Part shown: positions 56,281 to 64,000 of the stretch, one piece after another
Numbering within the stretch: position 1 is the first letter of the stretch
Layout of the letters: every line of letters starts with the position of its first letter
Assembly (NCBI GenBank): GCA_965153285.1
Contig: OZ229113.1
DNA: 64,000 nt
Reading direction: 5' to 3' (one strand)
Source of the DNA: Podarcis tiliguerta
Lineage: Eukaryota
The notes under the pieces: generated by a model
The model's input: the letters and a program-made list of their open reading frames with translations, nothing else
What the model was told of the DNA's origin: nothing
Databases searched by the model: none
Position numbers and translations under genes: made by a program

Positions 56281-59200
56281 AATGTGAATGACTAATAAGA
56301 AATAGGCTGGCTTTGGGTAGCTCTACGAGGCCTAGAATCCAGATATGAGGCTGTCTTCCTATAGACTTCTTTCCTGAGAAAATGGATGTCCTCACCACCA
56401 TCTCTTTCACCACATTCATTTTCCTCTCATCTGGAGAAAATTTATCAAGCCCTTGTGATGACTCAAAGTATACACATTGCAAGCCATAATCCAATGCCAG
56501 CTGCTGTGATTATTCAGTTGCTGCAAGCAACAACATTTCTGTGTTAATCATCTTTCTTCCTCTTTCCTCTCACCTCACCCCCGCAGTCCCCTTTTTTCAA
56601 TTAAAACAGCTACTTGGCAGTGAAAAAGCAAGGCTCTTGTCAATCCCGTTCATGTCACGGTATGAAAATATCTGTCTAAACAGCAATAGTCAGCTCAAAC
56701 TTCCTACATTCTGTGAAGCAAGGCATAACATTTTCCTCATGGTACAAATGAGGAGGGTTAGAGGTATTGCAGTGAAAAGGAACTGATTTAAAGGGCGATC
56801 ATAATAACATGGTGCCTGTGGTAAAGAAGGGAACATAGAACAGATATTCCATCTCTAATTGAAGAACTCTGACTTTTTAAAGATCCTGACAATCATAACT
56901 GTTTCTCTGAAAAAGAAATGCACATTTCTCTTCAGTCGAGAATGCCACTTGCTGTCAGTATCCTTGATGATGGCTGCTAGTTGCTAAGTACTCCTAAAGG
57001 TTTTGGCCTATCAAAATAAGTATGGCAATCTTAACTAATGTGGTACAACAGTTAAGTCAGGGTTTATTATAGGGACCTTAGGAGGGCAGTAAGATGTCTG
57101 CTGCTCTGTCAAATGGTCCTTGTATTATGTGTGGCGAAAGAGTTAACTCCAGGATAACGTCAAAACTTTCTTTTTCCAAGTAAAACACATTTTTGGCACT
57201 GTGCCCAATCTGGGGAGGGTCATCTCTCTCTCCTCCTTTTCCTTCACCCGCCTTCTCTCCTCAAGGTTCAGAACAAATGAATCTCATTGCCCAACACACT
57301 CCACAACTAGTTTCATCTTGGTCCAAGCTCATTGTGTGTTTCAACTTCTGCCAAGAAGATTTAAAGGGAGGGAGGGGAGAAGAAGCTTGTATGTGGAGAG
57401 AAGAGAGGGGAGGGGAAACAAAGGAAGGAGAAGAGGTTACTGTATGCTGACTATCCTATAGAAAGAAGTTGGAAATAACAGAGAGGAGAGATTTCGCTCA
57501 GAAGATCTCAGATTGTCTTGAAGCCAGGATCAAAGAGGCCACAAGAGACCAGCCGTTGCCCATATGATTCTTCCTTCCCCTACAGCTAGAACTCAGCAGC
57601 TTACAATTCTCACTCCACCACCATCCCGCCTCTGCTCTGCTTCTCCTTATTTGCATCCTACTTCTAGCCACTGTCATCCAAGAACAGAGCAGAACTGGCA
57701 CACATCCTGCCCCACACCCAAGAGCCAGGAACACAGACAACTGTCTCAGAGGATCATTCCTGTGGCTGAAAACAAGAGGGTTGAGTTTCCCACAAACCCA
57801 GGATGAATCAGGAGTCATCAGAAGAAGCCAACTCTCCGGGTACTCTTCCTCCCCTCTCCAAGCAGCAGAATTAGAGGCACTTCACAGGCAAAACATGCTC
57901 CTCGCAGGCAGAACTATCTCTTGGCTGTCTCTTAGTGCAGACCCAGGTCCTCGAGCCTGAGCTTCCACAGCCACTGGCTGCCATGAACTACCATTGGTAG
58001 GATTGGCAGCAACAGCAGCAGATACGTTCTCTGCTTTAGATAATACTCTTGCTGATAATGCTGTTTCAAATGTGCATTTTACATTTGACTTCCTTGAGTA
58101 ATGTTTTATCTCAAAATGTTAAGATAATTTGTTCTTGCTGCCTTAAATGCACATCCTGTGCTTGATCTTCTTGGTAATGTTTTGTTTTGAAATCTTTCAA
58201 GATAAAAGTTTAATTTCCTGTTAATTATGTTTCTTTGAATGCATTCTTTATATCGGACTTTCTTCTGCCAAGTTTTACTCTGGATTGTTTCATTTGATGC
58301 TTTAAACCGCTTAGAGTTTTTTTCTTTAAAATATAAAGCGGTATAATAATGAAATAAATAATAATAACAAGAATAACAAGAACAACTAAATTGAGGCAAG
58401 CCATCTACAGTCTCCATTTGTCATGTACTTTTCTTATCAATCTCAGTCAAGGCTGTCTGGGTCTTTGAGAATTAGTGACGTGTGGCTGTGCATTCTCATT
58501 CCTTGAATATTCTGTACATTAGTCTTCAACTGGTTGGCATTAAGGTAAGTTGTAACTGCAGTACCACAACCTCCTTTGGATGAATCAGTGAGTGTAAGAA
58601 AGCAAGCAGCACAAATGTAAACAGTCAGATAAAATAAAAGGAAGAGTAACAAACAAGATAAAACATTGAAAGTGGACTTCATGTTACAGATTGGTGTTAA
58701 GAGATGGATCCCAGGGCTAGAAAGGGTGAAAACAATCACACTAACTGCAGCCTAAGGTACCACCTAGGACCTTTTACTATATTAATAGGATGAGTGATTC
58801 ATGTTCTCCATGTTGAAATTGAGAGCATTTGAACATTAAAAAATAATTCCTACAGATTTTAAATGAGTAAAATGCTGCATAGTTCTCACCTTGTTTCTCC
58901 AATGTCAACCCAAGAGAAACAGAACAGTGAAACAGCAATTGTTTGTGATCCAGGCAGTTGTTATGCACATCACACTGGAAAAAAGGAAGTATCCAAGGAG
59001 GAGTCACTGTAAGGGGAAACACTTTGGGAGCAGCAAAGATCCCACCCAAAAGGGCTGGGGAAGAAGGTCAATGGGGTCTTCTCACCATCAGTTCTGCAGA
59101 GGAGGAATCTAGCTCAAAGATGAAGGGTGAAACTATTCCTTTGATTGCTACAGTTCTTGCACTGAGGCTTTGGTCAAGAAATTCTATCCCCCTTGAAAAA

Positions 59201-60983
59201 TGGTTTTCATTTTTGATGTTTGCCCAAACTCTCTTTCCTCAAGGTGTTTTTTTTTAAAAAAACCAAAACTTTTTTTTATCAAGAATTATTTACATGGGTA
59301 CTTCAGTTACCTTTTCTACCCTTCTAAACTTTCTCAGCCTAAACTTGAGGTGCTTTTCATGGCCTTTAGTACCCCAAAATCATAAAGCAGGGTTGACCAG
59401 CTAAGATTATTTTTTTTAATGTAACATCATTATTTGTTTTTCATTTGTAACACCCTATCTAAGCCTGCTTGAACGAGCTCCAGAACTTGGCAAGAAATAG
59501 CACTGACGTTATTATGGAATCTGACTATCCATTAAGGGGGTTGTTTGTGCACCAAACTATATATTTTTGTGCTCCACCATGATTGCCACTCATGATGAAT
59601 GGGAAAAGAGAAATTCACAACGTGAAACCCTCAAGTCATACAATGAGTCTGACTTAACAATACAGTTGGGCTGTATGGACAATTTGCCACAGGTCTACTG
59701 GTCTGTGGTGCAAGTTAACATATAGACCAGTTCAAAGTGTTTTGTTGTGGAGAGAGTTGGTTAGATCTATGCATTATTCATTTTGGGGTAGACACAAAGA
59801 CTGCATAAATGTACAATAATTATTAATAACCCAGAGGCTTCCAAGTTAGTAGAAAATTGGAAAGAAACTTTGTTGCATAATTCTGCCAGAATATTCCCAC
59901 TCTGATCACTCTGTAAATGAATGGCCTACATTTATTTCATCTACAGTTGGATCCTTCACACAATTCCCCCCCCCCAAGTATGTTAAAAAACATTTTCTTT
60001 GGCAACTGTGCTAAAAATTGACTAATGGATTTGATGGCATTGCCCTTTCCTGCTTCCACCCTCAAATGTTGGCACCCAAAAGTTTCTCTAAAGATAAAGC
60101 CAACTTTGCCTTTTGGAGTGGGGAATTTGAAGGAATGGTTTAACAGAGAGAAGATGTAGGAGTCAGTCATCCGGGGCAGGGGGAAGGGCGTGATTGAAGA
60201 TTACGACAGTCTCTCTGTACAGCTATTGGCTATAAGTCTAGGTCAGTTGCCTACCTGCTCAAGATCATCAGCTGACCATCTTCAGGGCCAATTCAGCTAT
60301 GCATAATCCTCTCATGCTTTAGTACAATCTCAGTTTTCAAGTGGGAAGTCACTTGTTTTATACCCACACTTGTGAAAATCACACCCTGCACACCATAATG
60401 TACCGCATCTGAGAGAAGACATGAAAGCAAGTCTTCTCTTTGAAGTGATACATTTTGGCTTGTTTCAAACAAGTGGTTTCCTATATGAAAACTGAGTCCT
60501 CTGAGAAGACTATACAAACTCAGGCATTAATAGTTTGAATCTCCATTTGTCGAAGTACACGACAGAGCTGACATGCTGCCAACCCACAAAGCACAAAGAC
60601 ACCTTCCCAGAACACCTACAATGGCACCATCTCTCTTTCGATCATTGCCCATGAACCTAAGACTCACACACTATTCATTCCCTCTCCTCCTCTCCACATG
60701 GGAATTACTTTTAAACAAGCAAAGAGATCCCCATTATGTTCACACTTGTGCAACTCTAGTTAGTTCAAACAAGCCAGGATTAAACTGTTGTTTAGGATCC
60801 TGGCTAGTTCACTAACCATAGTTCAAAATAACCAGAGACCCCAAGGTTCAGACATTAACAAGGAATTCTGGTAAGTTTCGAAGAAACAGGTACTTCTAAT
60901 TTTCCCCTCAGAACTGCATCAGAGGAGAAGAAGGGATCATGTCAGCCTGATCATCATGTATGTAGCATGACCATACAAAACAC

Positions 60984-61253
60984 AGGGGTAGCCTGCTACA
61001 TGTGTTAGACTACAGTTCCCATCAGCAGCAGCCCACATGGCCAGTGGTCAGAAGGGATGATAGTTATAGTTTAAAAGCATATGGTAGGGTGCTGTTGCAC
61101 TCATGCCCTGTTTGTTGGCTTGCCATAGATATCTGGTTGGTCACTGAGAGAACAAAATGCTGGATTAGATTGGCTTTTGGTTTGGCCAATGGTTAGGGAT
61201 AATGGGAACTGTAGTCCAGCAACATCTGCAGAATCACAGGCACTTCATCCCTG
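60984..61253. mobile_element. Degraded hAT hairpin MITE pieces flanking a CR1-type tail fragment
   Basis: gactacagttcccatcag and gatggg-like aatgggaactgtagtccagcaacatctg arms (family of 62085-62220) around atctggttggtcactgagagaacaaaatgctgga. Confidence 0.55.
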
Positions 61254-61262
61254 CACTGAAGA

Positions 61263-61282
61263 CACACACACACACACACACA
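61263..61282. repeat. (CA)n microsatellite
   Basis: About 10 CA units. Confidence 0.9.
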
Positions 61283-62084
61283 AACAAACACTGCACAGTA
61301 ACCATAGTACATTCCAATGTCACTAGGGAATGTATGCAAATAATCTAACCATATCTGTCTTCTCCATCTGACTGGCATCGCAGAAGGGGACTAAAAATGG
61401 GTTCTCAACATTAATTTACAAGCATACTATGTTAATTTTAACCAAGATTGGGAATAACTGCATTACAGCAGGAAGGTCTGCATGGTTTTGTGGCCTACTC
61501 TTGAATGCTTAACCATGGTTCCACTGTTATGATGGAACTGGACCGCTGCAATGTGATGCTGTGATAGAAAATAAACTCCTAATATCATTGTAAGATGTAG
61601 TATTTAAAATGTTAACTCTATACACCTTAAAACATAGTAAAATCTGCAGAAACAAACTCTATTGCCAGACTACTCTTTGCAGAAAGATGCAAGGCAACAT
61701 GAAGATCTGTTCCTTTCACAGAATACAAAATTATTAAACAAGATGAAGCTTTATTTGCTTCACGAAATTTCCCCAGTTTGCTGAATCATCACTTGCAATA
61801 ACACATTATCACAATATATGGTCATATGAAGGCTATCGACTTTGGGAATGTTGGTGTTTGTAGATGGAAGCTCAATCTGCAGCAAAACTGGTTTTCAACA
61901 TTAAGAAATCAAACAATAAGTAAAATCTATCAAAATATACATAGGCATCATCATCAGTTTTTCAACTGGAAAAGTTTAGACTAAAGCTCTTTGAAATAAA
62001 GTCTTCCTGAAAGTCAGCAAGGAAACTGAAAGATGAAATGTCATAAGCAGGAAGTTCCAACTTAGGCACCATGACTAAAAAGTT

Positions 62085-62220
62085 CATGGTGGGGAACCAG
62101 TGGCCCTCCAGATGTTGCTGGACTTCAACTCCCATCAGCCTCAGTTAGATTGGCCAATGGTCAGAGATGATGTGAGCTGTAGGCCAGCAACATCTGTTGG
62201 GCCACAAGCTCCCCACCCAT
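62085..62220. mobile_element. ~135-bp hAT (URR1/Charlie-like) hairpin MITE
   Basis: ggtggggaaccagtggccctccagatgttgctgga.. / ..ccagcaacatctgttgggccacaagctccccacc long inverted arms. Confidence 0.8.
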
Positions 62221-64000
62221 ACACCATACTGTCGTCAGAAGGTAACGTGACCTAAGCCAACACCCAAACCAAGATTACAGCTAGAACACATTTAGCAATG
62301 TCTGACACAGCGACCTCATTTGGACCTAACATTAAACATGAATTTGTTTTTATACTATCAATGTATTGAATACTGGATTTTTGTCTGACCCCTTGAAAGT
62401 GTAGATAAGTTAAAGAGTCTCAGAGCTTTTCATCAGAAACAGCCAACACCTGTTGCTAAGATAGGATTACTATGCATTGAACTTTTAATGTGCTTAATTG
62501 TCTAGAAAGTTCCATTCTGCAACATTGCAAAGTTCAATTTACAGCCATGCAAAAGATTGATAAAGCAATCCTCCAAGATCAGATTAGCCTGTAAAATGAA
62601 TATCAAGGAAGGCTATTCAGTATGAAGAACCAATCATTAAAAAGTTAGCTGAACTCACCAACACCCTCACTAACAGGGAGACTTCCAGATTCATACCAAC
62701 TTACTATGACTCCTACTGAAGTCAATGGCACAAGTCTCTCATCACCTTTGGGAGCCAAAACAGGCCAAGATAATGAGCTCCCCCAAGTCTACCTCTCTAT
62801 ATCAACAGTAGTTCTTGTGTCTTGCCTATCCACATGGCTGTTATAGGCATGGCCTTAAGCTACTCACCACAAACCAGCCCTTAAGCTATAAAGGTAGATG
62901 GTGTTTTAAATATATATATGGGTTGTGCTTGTTTCCTTTGCCAGCCTATATAAAGAAAGTGTTTTGGTTACTCCTCCTTTCTAGGAATTAAAGATGGGTG
63001 TAAATCAATCAGAAAACTGACTCACTCTTTTGCTGCAGCTAAATTTTCAGCATCTCAATACTACTAACCTTTCTTTACCAACAGAAGCGACTGGTTTAAC
63101 AACTTCTCTTTCACATGATTGTGGCTGCAGTTATTTATTATTGCAAGTTGTGATGAATGCTATAGTGATTTGCATTCATGAGTTAGATATATGTTATCAC
63201 AGGTTTGTGGGTTAGAAAAGAATCATAGAAGTCAGCTTGAGCAAGGAATAGACTTTCCAGAACTTGTGCTTTGTACGCAGGAATGTATACCACTCCTACC
63301 TCAAACTCCCAACTGTCTATGCCTTCCCTATACAATCTCTGGAAGAAAGAGCTAGGGCCTGTTTGAAACTGCCACATTCTCACATTGTGGACCTTCATTA
63401 GTCACTGCAGTGGAACCGCTGGACTGGAAACAAACTACAAACTGAAGACTTAAATGCAAATAGTAAAAGCTGGAACCTGCACTCCGCAGCTAGTGGAGAA
63501 TTAATAGGAGCAGAATCTACATTTCTAAGTGGCAAACTTTACAGAAGACTTTACAGAAAGGGTCTGGGAAGGTTTATTATTAACAGGATATTTTGGGTTG
63601 TGCCTCTGAGGTTTATTCAGCAAGTATGTACCAGTTCAACAACAGATGCAGGACCAATAAAAACACTCTCTATTTTGTGACTCTCATTCTTTCAGACTAA
63701 GCCAGTGATGTTCTAAAAATCAGTTATCAACAAAGACACAGACACAGACATCAATAAATATAGCTGGGGAAACATTTGGTTATTAAAACAATGACCAAAT
63801 TTTGCACAATGAACCCCAACAGAACATGTGGTGCATTGATATAGAACAGTTCAGTTCCATTACACAACCCACAGTGAGGTAAATCCACACCTAAATAGAC
63901 ACAAATCTCCTAGATAGCTGTCATAATATCTGAATCCTTGTTAGAAACAGCCACGTGCAATTTAAACTTTACTCTTTAGCTACAAGCAAGGACATTGTGC

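Noticed and set aside
39497-64000. BOC promoter or non-coding 5' exons
   Set aside because: No CpG island or confidently identifiable exon; probably beyond the window, and not determinable by eye.

Overview
Eukaryotic genomic DNA from a squamate reptile, probably a lacertid lizard, judging by its Sauria/Squam1, Squam3-type and tRNA-Lys/CR1-tail SINEs. Two genes lie tail to tail. On + are the last three coding exons of CFAP44 (WDR52), 597-3215. On - is the complete coding region of the Hedgehog co-receptor BOC: 18 coding exons, 39400 down to 4833, all GT-AG with consistent phases, 3303 nt = 1100 aa + stop (signal peptide, 4 Ig, 3 FnIII, TM, cytoplasmic tail). Above 39496 the sequence is most likely BOC 5' intron, since no CpG island or promoter is visible. 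Introns hold SINEs, CR1 and L2 LINE ends, Tc1/mariner, hAT and Harbinger-like MITEs, a decayed Gypsy-type integrase and a Penelope-type palindrome. I find no convincing new biological system. The best leads are regulatory or transposon-related: interlocked convergent poly(A) signals, a uORF overlapping the BOC start, a candidate CFAP44 poison exon, a Tigger-type MITE with a CA target duplication, an eroded hammerhead-like Penelope palindrome, and strand bias of SINEs. All identifications were made by eye and from recalled family knowledge; no database searches were run.
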